64,000 bases of DNA, taken from positions 2,848,001 to 2,912,000 of the forward strand of contig OZ245742.1 in the NCBI GenBank assembly GCA_965227295.1. Direction: 5' to 3'. A program made the translations under genes and the position numbers. Shown here piece after piece: positions 37,612-47,644 of this stretch (within the stretch, counting starts at the first letter, position 1; each line of letters begins with the position of its first letter). The notes below the pieces were generated by a model. That model saw only the letters and a program-made list of their open reading frames with translations, was not told where the DNA came from and did not search any database. The DNA comes from Leptonemataceae bacterium. GTDB lineage: Bacteria > Spirochaetota > Leptospiria > Leptospirales > Leptonemataceae.

Positions 37612-38685
37612 ATGGCCACCATCGAGTTCCACAACGTTGAGCATGAATACGTTCCCGGCACGTCGGCGCTCCGGTTGCCGGAACTCGTCTTTGAAGACGG
37701 CGGGGCCTATGCGCTGCTCGGGCCGTCCGGCTGCGGCAAGTCCACGACGTTGAATCTCGTCTCGGGTCTCCTGCGACCCACCCGTGGCAGCATAACATTC
37801 GACGGCAGCGACGTGCGGGAACTCGATCCCCGGGAACGGAACGTCGCGCAGATGTTTCAGTTCCCGGTGGTCTACGATACCATGACCGTCTACGATAACC
37901 TGGCCTTCCCGCTGCGCAATCGGCGGGTGCCTCGCGCGGAGATCGAACGCACGGTGCGGGAAACGGCGGAGCTGCTGGAACTGGAACGGCTGTTGTCCGA
38001 ACGCGCCGCCTCGTTAGGTGCGGACGGCAAACAGTTAGTATCTCTGGGGCGCGGCCTGGTGCGCCGGGACACGGCGGCGATGCTGCTCGACGAACCGCTT
38101 ACCGTCATCGATCCGGAGCGCCGTTGGGTCCTGCGACGTACCCTGAAACGCGCGGTCGAGCGCTATCGCATCACGATGATCTACGTCACCCACGATCAAA
38201 TGGAAGCGTTGACTTTCGCCGACGAGATCTTTGTCATGAACGCGGGCGAGGTCTTGCAGCGCGGCGATGCGGGCTCGTTGTTCGAGCGGCCGGCGCACGA
38301 GTTTGTCGGACGCTTCATCGGCAGTCCGGGCATGAACTTCTTTCCCTGCACGCTGGAAGGCGCAACGGCAGTCCTGGCCGGGGGATTGCGCCTTCCCCTC
38401 CGTAACCCCAACGTTCCCGGTGACGGCGAGTGGACCGTGGGCATTCGCCCGGAGTTCCTGGAGATCGTCCTCGATGCGGGGGACGCGCGGCCCCATCTTC
38501 CGGCGACTGTTGTCGATGTCGAACATCACGGCGCCTATCGTTTGTTGCATACGGAACTGGGACCGCAGAAACTGGAATGTATCGTGCGCTGGAACGACAC
38601 GGCGGCGGATGTTCCGCCATCCGGGACGGAGATCCGGGTCCGGTTCCCGGAGGAACGATTGAGCTTCTTCCCGGTGAGTGTTTAA
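37612..38685 (+). CDS. ABC transporter ATP-binding protein (GlpT-like)
   Basis: GPSGCGKST, FQFPVVYDTMTV, degenerate signature LGADGKQ, DEPLTVIDP, YVTHDQ. Confidence 0.9.
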   Translation: MATIEFHNVEHEYVPGTSALRLPELVFEDGGAYALLGPSGCGKSTTLNLVSGLLRPTRGSITFDGSDVRELDPRERNVAQMFQFPVVYDTMTVYDNLAFPLRNRRVPRAEIERTVRETAELLELERLLSERAASLGADGKQLVSLGRGLVRRDTAAMLLDEPLTVIDPERRWVLRRTLKRAVERYRITMIYVTHDQMEALTFADEIFVMNAGEVLQRGDAGSLFERPAHEFVGRFIGSPGMNFFPCTLEGATAVLAGGLRLPLRNPNVPGDGEWTVGIRPEFLEIVLDAGDARPHLPATVVDVEHHGAYRLLHTELGPQKLECIVRWNDTAADVPPSGTEIRVRFPEERLSFFPVSV

Positions 38686-38731
38686 GATTGTTTCTGGACG
38701 AACTTAGCGCGGCCTGAGACAACGACGGCGT

Positions 38732-39571
38732 ATGCTGGGAGCCATTGCAGGAGACATCATCGGCAGCATCTACGAGGCGAAGGACCGGGCCATCAAGAGC
38801 ACGGACTTCCCGTTGTTTTCAGCGGAGTCGCGCTTTACGGACGACACGGTGCTTACGATCGCCGCCGCCGAGTGCCAGTTGAAGTTCGGGCGTGAGGGCA
38901 TTGACTTCGGCGACAGCTCCGCTCTCAAAGAGGCCGCCCGACTCTACGCGCACACCATGCAGATCTACGGCCGGCGCTTTCCGAACGCCGGTTACGGCGC
39001 GAACTTTCGCCGCTGGATCTTTGCCGATGTTCCGCAGCCCTACGGCAGCTTCGGCAACGGAGCGGCCATGCGTGTGAGTCCCATCGCCTTCGCCGGAGTG
39101 GCGCGCAAACAATCCCTCGACGATACCCTGGCCGACGCCCGGCTGAGCGCGGCGATCACCCACGATCATGAAGACGGCCACCGCGGCGCGCGGGCCGTGG
39201 CGGCAGTCATTCATCTGGCGCGGAACGGCAAAGACAAAGACGCCATCCGCGCGGCGGTCAGTGAGCGCTTTGAGTACGATCTTACGCGGACGACCGAGGA
39301 AATCCGTAAGGATTATTCATTCGATGTTAGTGCCCAGGGGAGCGTGCCCGAGGCGATGCTCTGTTTTCTGGAAAGCAGCGACTTCGAAACCGCCGTCCGC
39401 CTCGCGGTCTCCCTGGGCGGCGATGCCGACACCCAGGCCTGCATGGCCGGAGCCATGGCCCAGGCGTTCTACGGCCCCGTGCCGGATGCCATCGCCCACG
39501 AAGTGCACGAACGATTGCCGCCGGAGTTTCGCGGCGTACTGGAACGTTTCGAAGAGATGTTCGGGGAATAG
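38732..39571 (+). CDS. ADP-ribosylglycohydrolase family protein
   Basis: GAIAGDIIG, FTDDT, SFGNGAAMR, SLGGDADT. Confidence 0.93.
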   Translation: MLGAIAGDIIGSIYEAKDRAIKSTDFPLFSAESRFTDDTVLTIAAAECQLKFGREGIDFGDSSALKEAARLYAHTMQIYGRRFPNAGYGANFRRWIFADVPQPYGSFGNGAAMRVSPIAFAGVARKQSLDDTLADARLSAAITHDHEDGHRGARAVAAVIHLARNGKDKDAIRAAVSERFEYDLTRTTEEIRKDYSFDVSAQGSVPEAMLCFLESSDFETAVRLAVSLGGDADTQACMAGAMAQAFYGPVPDAIAHEVHERLPPEFRGVLERFEEMFGE

Positions 39572-39638
39572 GCCGTCGCAACCCGCGCACCCTGTGATTT
39601 TTCTTGCGCGCCGCCGGCCCGCGCGCATACATGCGTCC

Positions 39639-40520
39639 GTGCGTAAGACCGAGGACAACCGCGCCTGGTTTCTGGTATTACCGGTATTGATCGTGGTCGC
39701 CTTCAGCGCCGTCGTGCCGCTGATCACCGTGGTGAACTACAGCGTGCAGGACATACTGGGACCGGACCAGCGCTTGTTCACCGGCTTCCAGTGGTATCGC
39801 GAGGTGCTGCGGAATCCGGAGGTGCACGCCGCCTTCGGCCGACAGCTAATGTTCAGTGGATGCGTGTTAGCGATCGAGATCCCCCTGGGCATCGGCGTGG
39901 CGTTGCTCCTGCCCCGGAGCGGGCGCGCCGTGGGGCCGTGCCTGGTGCTGTTGGCCCTGCCGCTTTTGATCCCCTACAACGTCGTCGGTACCATCTTTCA
40001 AATTCTCTGCCGCACGGACATCGGCCTGCTCGGCGCCGCTCTGGCCGGCCTGGGCTTCGACTACAACTACAGCAGCGATCCCTTCGACGCCTGGTGGACC
40101 GTGGTAATGCTGGACGTCTGGCACTGGACGCCGCTGGTCGCGTTGTTGTGCTACGCGGCCCTGCGCTCGATCCCCGCAGCCTACTACCAGGCCGCGTCCA
40201 TCGACGGCGCGAGCGGCCCGGCCACGTTCCGGTACATTCAGTTACCGAAAATGAAAGGCGTGCTCATCATCGCGATCCTGCTACGGTTCATGGATTCGTT
40301 CATGATCTACACCGAACCCTTCGTGCTGACCGGCGGCGGGCCGGGCAACGCGACCACCTTTCTTTCGCAGATGCTCGCGCGCATGGCCGTGGGGCAGTTC
40401 GATCTCGGTCGCTCGGCGGCCTTTTCCCTGGTGTACTTCGTCATGATCCTTACCGTCAGCTATGTCTTTTATACGATGATGACCGCGAAGCCGGGCGGGC
40501 GTCCGGATTCCGGCCGCTGA
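39639..40520 (+). CDS. Carbohydrate (glycerol-type) ABC permease 1
   Basis: GTG start; NRAWFLVLPV..VNYSVQD, DVWHWTPLV, YYQAASIDGAS, LTGGGPG. Confidence 0.9.
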   Translation: MRKTEDNRAWFLVLPVLIVVAFSAVVPLITVVNYSVQDILGPDQRLFTGFQWYREVLRNPEVHAAFGRQLMFSGCVLAIEIPLGIGVALLLPRSGRAVGPCLVLLALPLLIPYNVVGTIFQILCRTDIGLLGAALAGLGFDYNYSSDPFDAWWTVVMLDVWHWTPLVALLCYAALRSIPAAYYQAASIDGASGPATFRYIQLPKMKGVLIIAILLRFMDSFMIYTEPFVLTGGGPGNATTFLSQMLARMAVGQFDLGRSAAFSLVYFVMILTVSYVFYTMMTAKPGGRPDSGR

Positions 40521-40574
40521 ACGCGACTAATTTCTGATTGCCAGATTCTACTTGCTGGAACATAGTCCGCGAGA

Positions 40575-42179
40575 ATGAATGCCGGCCCGAGAACCGTGAA
40601 TCAAGAAGAAGCCGGCGACCTGGAGATCCGCGGTGAGCAGACGGCCATCAGCATGAGGATCTTCCTGGCGGTCGTCTTCGGCATCGGCACCCTCGCGGCG
40701 TATTCCACGGGAGCGATCTCCGGCCGCCTGGTCGTCTACTACATTGTGGGCTGCGCAGGCTTCGTCGTCCTGGCCGGCGTGTCCGCCCTCCTGTTGCGCC
40801 TGAATCTGTATCGGCGGAGCTGGAAGTACTGGCTCGCCGCTGCGGAGTACCTGTGTTTCGGCATCGTCCTGGCCGGCTACATATTCACCCCCGGCGCCGA
40901 TCCGTACTTTACCGTTCGCAACGTTCCCGTGAACACGGTATACTTCGTCATTCTTACCGGCGCTGTCTTGCGTTTCTCTCCGCGCCTGGCCATCGTCAGT
41001 TCCATCTACGCGATCGTCCTCCTGGCACTGGTACATCTCGGACTTGTTCTTGTACATCAGAGCGCACTCAAGCTCAACGCCGCCGGCGCGGAGAAAGTTG
41101 TCGGTGTGGATGCGTGGGCCGTAATCAGTATCTTTCTGGCCGGGACCGGCCTGGCCCTCGCGGCGGCGGCCGGACGCGTGCGCAGTCTGGTGATTCAGGC
41201 GCGCGGTCACGAAACCGACGCTCGCCGAAACTTAAGCAGCATTCAGGATCTCCTGGAGGGTATCCGCACCACGGCTCGTGAACTCAGCGCGTCGGTGCAG
41301 GACATTGACCGGGCGGTGGCGGAGAACGAAGACATGTCCCGGGATCAGATGGCATCCGTTGAGGAAACCGGTGCCACCATGGAACAGATGTCGGCGTCCA
41401 CGCGATCCGTGGTGGACCGGGCTCAGGCCCAGGAGGAGCTCTGCGAAAAGAACGCCGCGAGCATGCAGGGATTGAACGATCTGGTCCAGAAGATCCTCGA
41501 CGTTTCGAACAACGCTTCCATGCGCAGCCGCGATACCCTCGAAGACGCTCGCCGCGGCGAACAAGAACTCGGCCGCGTCGGTGAGATCATCGAATCCATT
41601 CACGAAAGCTCCGAAAAGGTGGCGGACATCGTCACCGTGATCAACGGCATCTCCGATAAAACCAATCTGCTCGCGCTCAACGCCGCCATCGAAGCGGCCC
41701 GGGCCGGCGAGGAAGGCCGCGGTTTTTCAGTGGTCGCCGACGAGGTGGGCAAGCTCGCGGAGTTGTCCTCGCGCAACGCAAAAGAAATCGAGAAGCTCAT
41801 ACACGAAACCAGGCAGACGACCGCGGGCGGCGTCGAAAGCATCGGCGCGACAGTGCGCACGTTGCAGGGAATCATCGACGGCATCAAAGACATCGTGGAG
41901 ATGATTCGTCACGCCAACGGACTGGTGCAGGAACAGAGCGGGGTGAGTTCGGAAGTGGCGCAGCAAACGCAACGCATCCAGAGCATGGCCCGGGAGGTCC
42001 GGGACGCCGTGGAAGAACAAATGAACGGCGCACGGGAAATCCTCGGTGCGGTGGACGCCCTGAACAAGACCTCGGAGAGTTTCGTGCAAACCTCGGAAAA
42101 GCTGCGCCGGGCCGGCCAGTCCTTAACAGAGAGCAGTACAAAGTTAAGCGATCGCGCCGAGGCTTTCGCGGATTACTGA
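40575..42179 (+). CDS. Methyl-accepting chemotaxis protein, paralog of 21422-23113
   Basis: [33 protein letters not shown], with shared LEIRGE and LRFxP N-terminal motifs. Confidence 0.92.
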   Translation: MNAGPRTVNQEEAGDLEIRGEQTAISMRIFLAVVFGIGTLAAYSTGAISGRLVVYYIVGCAGFVVLAGVSALLLRLNLYRRSWKYWLAAAEYLCFGIVLAGYIFTPGADPYFTVRNVPVNTVYFVILTGAVLRFSPRLAIVSSIYAIVLLALVHLGLVLVHQSALKLNAAGAEKVVGVDAWAVISIFLAGTGLALAAAAGRVRSLVIQARGHETDARRNLSSIQDLLEGIRTTARELSASVQDIDRAVAENEDMSRDQMASVEETGATMEQMSASTRSVVDRAQAQEELCEKNAASMQGLNDLVQKILDVSNNASMRSRDTLEDARRGEQELGRVGEIIESIHESSEKVADIVTVINGISDKTNLLALNAAIEAARAGEEGRGFSVVADEVGKLAELSSRNAKEIEKLIHETRQTTAGGVESIGATVRTLQGIIDGIKDIVEMIRHANGLVQEQSGVSSEVAQQTQRIQSMAREVRDAVEEQMNGAREILGAVDALNKTSESFVQTSEKLRRAGQSLTESSTKLSDRAEAFADY

Positions 42180-42188
42180 GGTTCGCGC

Positions 42189-42419
42189 TTACTTGCGGAC
42201 GGACGCTTCCAGTTTCGACTGGATGTCCCGGGCGCGGCTTACTCCCTGGTCGAGGAGGCCGCGCAGGTGAACGGCTCCCTCGCTCTGATCGGCGGCGCCT
42301 TTGGCCACAAGATCGGCGTAGCCTTTTTCAATGTTCTCCGCCAGTTCGCCGAGCCGGCGTTCCAGGGAACGATAGATCCCCAGACCGACGTTCAGGGCAT
42401 TGTTTGCGCGCTCTGCCAT
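42189..42419 (-). CDS. Small phasin-like coiled-coil protein
   Basis: MAERANNALNVGLGIY..YADLVAKGAADQSE..LRGLLD; RBS GAGGAG. Confidence 0.65.
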   Translation of the reverse strand: MAERANNALNVGLGIYRSLERRLGELAENIEKGYADLVAKGAADQSEGAVHLRGLLDQGVSRARDIQSKLEASVRK

Positions 42420-42590
42420 GCTGTTGCTCCTCTTCGCAAAACGGCACGGCTCCGCGCCTGGTGCGATGCGCCATTTTGTGGTGCGCCGTGCAATCGCGCA
42501 AGCGGAAATTCGAACAGGGATGCCGGAATCGAGTCCTGAACCGAAAAAATCCTGGTGGCAAAGCCGCGGGGCCTGTCGCAGAACGGAGCC

Positions 42591-44321
42591 ATGATCCACC
42601 GTACCTGTGCCGCGTTCTTGTTGTTCACCCTTATCAATTTTTGCGGCGATAAGCCGGACCCGAACGTCGATTATACGGCGAAGTGGCTCGAAGAGTTTTC
42701 GCCGAGTACGCTGAGCCGGGACGAGCAGCTCGCTGAAATCCGCTGGTTCCAGGAGCAGGCGAAACCCTTCGCCGAGAAGGGCCTCACCATCAAGGTCGTC
42801 TCGGAAACCATCGATACCCACGCCTACGAATCGAAGGTGCTCGCGAAGGCCTTCTACGAACTCACCGGCGTGCGTGTCGTGCACGACCTCATTCAAGAAG
42901 GCGACGTCATCGAAAAGCTGCAAACCCAGATGCAGAGCGGGCGATCCATCTACGACATGTACGTCAACGATACCGACCTCATCGGCACGCACTATCGGTA
43001 CGGCCACGTGGTGCCGCTTTCGGACTTCATGAGCGGCGAGGGCAAAGACGTGACGCTGCCCACGCTGGATCTCGACGATTTTATCGGCAAAGACTTCGGC
43101 ACCGGGCCGGACGGGAAACTCTACCAGTTGCCGGATCAACAATTTGCGAATCTCTACTGGTTTCGCTACGACTGGTTCAGCCGGGACGATCTCAAGCGGC
43201 AATTCAAAGAAAAGTACGGCTACGAACTGGGCGTGCCGGTCAACTGGAGTGCCTACGAAGACATCGCTAACTTTTTCACGAATGATGTTAAAGAAATCGA
43301 CGGGGAGCGTGTCTATGGTCACATGGATTACGGAAAAAAAGATCCGTCTCTGGGATGGCGTTTTACGGACGCCTGGCTGAGCATGGCCGGCGTCGGTTCG
43401 AAGGGCCTGCCCAACGGCCGTCCCGTGGACGAGTGGGGCATCCGCATTGACGACGCGGCGTGTTCGCCGGTGGGCGCCTCGGTGGCTCGCGGCGGCGCGA
43501 CCAACAGTCCCGCCGCAGTATATGCATTGCGCAAGTATATCGAGTGGTTGCAAAAGTACGCGCCGCCGGAGGCCCCGGGCATGACATTCTCGGAGGCCGG
43601 CCCGGTTCCCGGCCAGGGTAACGTCGCGCAACAGATATTCTGGTACACCGCGTTTACCGCGGCGCTTACGAAAGAGGGCCTGCCCGTGGTGAACGAGGAC
43701 GGCACGCCGAAGTGGCGCATGGCCCCGTCGCCCCACGGCCCGTACTGGGAACAGGGCATGAAACTCGGCTATCAGGACGCCGGCGGCTGGACCATGCTCA
43801 AGAGCACGCCCCTGGAGCGTCGCCGGGCCGCGTGGCTCTACGCCCAGTTTACGGTGTCGAAGACCGTCTCGCTTAAGAAATTCTTAGCAGGACTTACGCC
43901 GATCCGCAAGAGCGATCTTATGAGCGAGGCCGTCAGCGAACGCGCCGCGCGCTACGGCGGTCTCGTGGAGTTCTATCGCAGTCCCGCCCGCGTGAGCTGG
44001 ACGCCCACGGGCATCAACGTTCCGGACTATCCGCGTCTCGCGCAACTGTGGTGGAAGAACATTTCGCAGGCGGTTACCGGGGACGCCGCACCCCAGGCTG
44101 CCATGGATCGACTGGCCGAAGAGATGGACGATGTGATGGGACGCCTGGAGAACATCGGCATGGAGCGTTGCGCGCCGAAATTGAACGAGGCCGTGGATCC
44201 GGAGACCTGGCTCAAGCGCCCCGGTTCACCGAAGCAGAAACTCGCGAACGAAAAGCCGCGCGGCCAAACCATCGCTTACGAGAAGTTACTGAACGCCTGG
44301 AAACAGGGCCGCGTGCGGTGA
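42591..44321 (+). CDS. ABC substrate-binding lipoprotein (GlpV-like)
   Basis: Lipobox LINFC; FSPSTLSR..EIRWF, VVSETIDTH.YES, QLPDQQFANLYWFR, HMDYGKKDPSLGWRFTDAW. Confidence 0.9.
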   Translation: MIHRTCAAFLLFTLINFCGDKPDPNVDYTAKWLEEFSPSTLSRDEQLAEIRWFQEQAKPFAEKGLTIKVVSETIDTHAYESKVLAKAFYELTGVRVVHDLIQEGDVIEKLQTQMQSGRSIYDMYVNDTDLIGTHYRYGHVVPLSDFMSGEGKDVTLPTLDLDDFIGKDFGTGPDGKLYQLPDQQFANLYWFRYDWFSRDDLKRQFKEKYGYELGVPVNWSAYEDIANFFTNDVKEIDGERVYGHMDYGKKDPSLGWRFTDAWLSMAGVGSKGLPNGRPVDEWGIRIDDAACSPVGASVARGGATNSPAAVYALRKYIEWLQKYAPPEAPGMTFSEAGPVPGQGNVAQQIFWYTAFTAALTKEGLPVVNEDGTPKWRMAPSPHGPYWEQGMKLGYQDAGGWTMLKSTPLERRRAAWLYAQFTVSKTVSLKKFLAGLTPIRKSDLMSEAVSERAARYGGLVEFYRSPARVSWTPTGINVPDYPRLAQLWWKNISQAVTGDAAPQAAMDRLAEEMDDVMGRLENIGMERCAPKLNEAVDPETWLKRPGSPKQKLANEKPRGQTIAYEKLLNAWKQGRVR

Positions 44322-44349
44322 GAATGTCGCGGTCAAAGCGAGTAGGCCC

Positions 44350-45132
44350 TTAATTCTCACACAAATGAATCCCGGTAAACGCCACGTTGTTGAGAAAAAA
44401 CGTCGGCGGGACACCGAACATTTCTTTGAACGTACGGCTGAGGTGGGCGGCGTCCGAGAAGCCCGCGGAGTGTGCTCCCTCGGTAACACTGACCCCGTCC
44501 TGGATCATCATGGCGACGCGGCGGAGTTTCAGCCACAGCAGATAGCGACGCAACGGCAGGCCCATGTGTTGCTTGAACAGATGCATGAGCCGGTTGTCCG
44601 AGACGCCGACGGCCGCCGCGAGTTCGTAGATGGAAACGTCGCTCAGATCCTCGGTGGCCTTGATCAGCTCCAGCACTTTCGGAATGCGTTCGTCCCACTC
44701 GCGCTTCGGCGCGGAGAGATCCGCGCAGTGCAGGAGCACTTCGTTGAGCAGGGCGTAGGCGTCCCGGCAGCTCGCCCGGCCTTCCATGACGGCGTTCAGG
44801 GCGCCCTGCAACGGGGCGAAGTCGTTGGGATCCAGGGCGCGGATCTGCTCACGGTAATTCGCGTCGTCGCTGAAGAAGCGGAACTCTTCGCCGTCGGGAT
44901 CCACCATGAAAACCAGCAGCGGGGTGTCGCCGGCCAGGAGCTCGTGTTCCGTATTCGGAGCGATCATGGCGGCGCCGTACTCCTCTTCACCGTCCGCGGT
45001 GCGCAGACGAAACGAGCCGCCGGGGGAAATTAAGATTTCAGCCGCAAAGTGTTTGTGAAGTTCGGTTTGCATTCCACCGCAGGCGTAGAGGATGCGTCCT
45101 TCTTCGTATAGGTAGATTTGTTCGCCGGCCAT
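44350..45132 (-). CDS. AraC-family regulator
   Basis: Cupin-like N-terminus; RLMHLFKQHMGLPLRRYLLW..AGFSDAAHLSRTFK. Confidence 0.92.
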   Translation of the reverse strand: MAGEQIYLYEEGRILYACGGMQTELHKHFAAEILISPGGSFRLRTADGEEEYGAAMIAPNTEHELLAGDTPLLVFMVDPDGEEFRFFSDDANYREQIRALDPNDFAPLQGALNAVMEGRASCRDAYALLNEVLLHCADLSAPKREWDERIPKVLELIKATEDLSDVSIYELAAAVGVSDNRLMHLFKQHMGLPLRRYLLWLKLRRVAMMIQDGVSVTEGAHSAGFSDAAHLSRTFKEMFGVPPTFFLNNVAFTGIHLCEN

Positions 45133-45149
45133 CCGGATGCACTCCGCAC

Positions 45150-45473
45150 TCAGTTCTCGATGATGAAGAGGTCGTCCAGGAAGCCCGCTTCCAGTATGCC
45201 TCGAATGCGGCGACCCGGGTGGGACAGGACGAAATCGGCTCCTATTTCGCGGACTTTCTTTTGAAGATTGGCGAGCAGGGCGATGCCCGAGGAGTCGAGA
45301 TTGCTGAGATCGGTCATGTCCACGCGGAAGACCTCCACGCCGTCCGTGCTTTCGTCGAGGAAGCTGAAGACGGCTCGCTTCAGCCGCGTTACGGAGTTCA
45401 TGTCGAGTTCTCCGATTAGACGCAGAAGGACGCCCCCGGCATCGACGTGACTGATCTCATGATCGAGAGACAC
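45150..45473 (-). CDS. STAS anti-sigma-factor antagonist
   Basis: LIGELD..DMTDLSNLDSSGIALL. Confidence 0.85.
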   Translation of the reverse strand: MSLDHEISHVDAGGVLLRLIGELDMNSVTRLKRAVFSFLDESTDGVEVFRVDMTDLSNLDSSGIALLANLQKKVREIGADFVLSHPGRRIRGILEAGFLDDLFIIEN

Positions 45474-45487
45474 GAGCCAGAATCACC

Positions 45488-46558
45488 GTGAATTCTCGAT
45501 CACGCAAGCCAAATCCTTTGCAAAAACAGGTTGGATCTACCGTGCCGCGCCGGAGGCTGGCCGCAGTCGTGGAACCGAATTTCTACATTGATCACGTCCC
45601 GGTGTTCGGCGATGTTTCGCTGTCGCCCATGGCCGGTTTCTCGGACAGCCCTTACCGGCGTCTGTGTCGCCGGCGCGGGGCGGCCTTCGCCTTCACCGAA
45701 TTTGTCAGCGCGGAGTACCTCTGCCGGGGTTCGCAACGCTCCATCGATCTGTTTCGTTTTGAAGACGAGGAGCGGCCCGTAATTTTCCAAATCTTCGGCC
45801 ACGATCCGCGTACACTGCTGTATGCGGCCCAGGCGGCCGAAGAACTCGGCCCCGACGTGATCGACATCAACATGGGTTGTTCCGTAAAGGCCGTGGCCCA
45901 TAGGGGCTCCGGTGCCGGCATGCTCCGCGATCCCCGACGCACCGCTCACATCTTCCGCCTGTTGCGGCGCCATCTGCACGTTCCGCTCACGGCGAAGATT
46001 CGTCTGGGCTGGGATGATACGTCGCGCAATTCCGTGGAACTCGCGCAGGTGCTTTTTGAAAGCGGCGCCGCCATGATCTCGGTGCACGGGCGCACGAAGC
46101 AACAGGGCTATCAGGGGCAGGCGGATTGGGAGGCCATCGGCGAAACCGCGGCGGCCGTTCCGATTCCCGTGCTGGGCAACGGGGATGTGCGCTCGCTTTC
46201 CGAAGCCCGGGCGCGCCGACGGCAGTACGGAACGGCCGGCGTGCTGATCGGCCGGGCGGCCATTGGCAATCCCTGGGTATTCTCTTCAGAATTTGACGGC
46301 CGCACGCCGGCGGCCCCGGTGACTCTCGACGGCATGCTGGAACACCTCGCACACAGCCTGGAATTCCAGCACGGCAAAGAACCGCCGGAGCGCAGCCTGC
46401 GTCTCTTCCGCAAACACGCCGCGCGCTACCTGGGGCTGCATCCCGAACTCGCCGGCGTGAAAACACGTCTACTAACCGTCGAGGACGTGGACGACTTCCG
46501 GCGGATAAGCCTTGACTGCCTGGAAAAACACGAAAAACTCGCGAGTTTGACGGTATAA
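45488..46558 (+). CDS. dusB: tRNA-dihydrouridine synthase (DusB-like)
   Basis: LSPMAGFSD, DINMGC, KIRLGWD, VHGRT, NGDV, IGRAAIGNPW. The start is uncertain. Confidence 0.88.
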   Translation: MNSRSRKPNPLQKQVGSTVPRRRLAAVVEPNFYIDHVPVFGDVSLSPMAGFSDSPYRRLCRRRGAAFAFTEFVSAEYLCRGSQRSIDLFRFEDEERPVIFQIFGHDPRTLLYAAQAAEELGPDVIDINMGCSVKAVAHRGSGAGMLRDPRRTAHIFRLLRRHLHVPLTAKIRLGWDDTSRNSVELAQVLFESGAAMISVHGRTKQQGYQGQADWEAIGETAAAVPIPVLGNGDVRSLSEARARRRQYGTAGVLIGRAAIGNPWVFSSEFDGRTPAAPVTLDGMLEHLAHSLEFQHGKEPPERSLRLFRKHAARYLGLHPELAGVKTRLLTVEDVDDFRRISLDCLEKHEKLASLTV

Positions 46559-46601
46559 CATGCATTTCTTGTTTCTCTCACGTTTCCCCATTTTTCGAAC
46601 G

Positions 46602-47642
46602 ATGCGCGCAAGCGTTCTCACGATGTTGCTGGCGCTCGCCGTTGCCTGCGGTTCGAGCGGCGAAGTCCGCGAAGGCGGATCGTCCGCGGACACAGCGAAC
46701 GGCGCGGGTCAGAGCGGCACGGATGCCGGCGCGGCCGGCACCACGGCTGCCGCCGCCGACTACGGCGAGGCCGTCAACCGCGTGCGTTACGTTGTCGGCG
46801 AGGTCGCCATCACTGAGGTGGACATCCAGAAGATGGCGGAAATCCTCCGGCAGACCCGCGAGGGCGGTCCCAATCCGGAGCGCAAGGCCGTCGACGTCCT
46901 GGTCGAACGGGCCATCGTAAACATGGAAGCCGAGCGCGAGTCCATCATCGTCAGCGCCGAGCGCATGGAAAACGAAATCCGTCGCCGGCAGTTGGCCAGC
47001 GGGGCGGAGACCCTCGAAGACTTTCGCAAGAACGTCGAGCGTCAGACCGGTGCATCCTTTGAAGCCTGGGTGGATCAACTGCGCTTCGAAATCATCAAAC
47101 GCCAGCTGATTCAAATCAAACTGACCGTGGAGCAGCCGGGCGAAGACGAAGTCGAAAAGTTCTACCGGCAACATCGTTCGCAGGTGGGCATCGAAGTGCG
47201 TTACCGCGAAATGATCTTCGTCCCCCGTTCCGGCAGCATCGAAGAAGAGGCCCGTGTTTCCCGCCTGGCGCAGCAGGCCCACGATCGCGTACGATCCAAC
47301 CCTTCTTCTTTCGGCGACATCGCGCGCTCCATACCCGAGAACGTCTCTCCGTTGCGCGGCCTCGGCGGTTTGCAGGATTACATTCCCATCCAGTCCGTGG
47401 CCGAGCGCGATGTCACCCTCGCCGGCGTGTTATTCAACGCATCTCCGGGCATGACGCCGCGTCCTTTTCGCATCAGCGGGAACCGTTACATGGTTGTGCG
47501 CGTGGAAGGCAAACGCCCGGTGCCCCTGTCCCGGGTGCGCGATCAAATTCGCCAGCGCCTGTACTTCGATAAAGAGAACGAAGCCTTCGAGAAATGGATG
47601 GCGAAGCGGCGCAAAGAAATCGCCATCGTCACGCCGGAATAA
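46602..47642 (+). CDS. SurA-like peptidyl-prolyl isomerase lipoprotein (Leptospira type)
   Basis: Lipobox AVAC, VNRVRYVVGEVAITE SurA N-domain, parvulin-like C-terminal part; immediately upstream of spiro-SPASM. Confidence 0.8.
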   Translation: MRASVLTMLLALAVACGSSGEVREGGSSADTANGAGQSGTDAGAAGTTAAAADYGEAVNRVRYVVGEVAITEVDIQKMAEILRQTREGGPNPERKAVDVLVERAIVNMEAERESIIVSAERMENEIRRRQLASGAETLEDFRKNVERQTGASFEAWVDQLRFEIIKRQLIQIKLTVEQPGEDEVEKFYRQHRSQVGIEVRYREMIFVPRSGSIEEEARVSRLAQQAHDRVRSNPSSFGDIARSIPENVSPLRGLGGLQDYIPIQSVAERDVTLAGVLFNASPGMTPRPFRISGNRYMVVRVEGKRPVPLSRVRDQIRQRLYFDKENEAFEKWMAKRRKEIAIVTPE

Positions 47643-47644
47643 CG

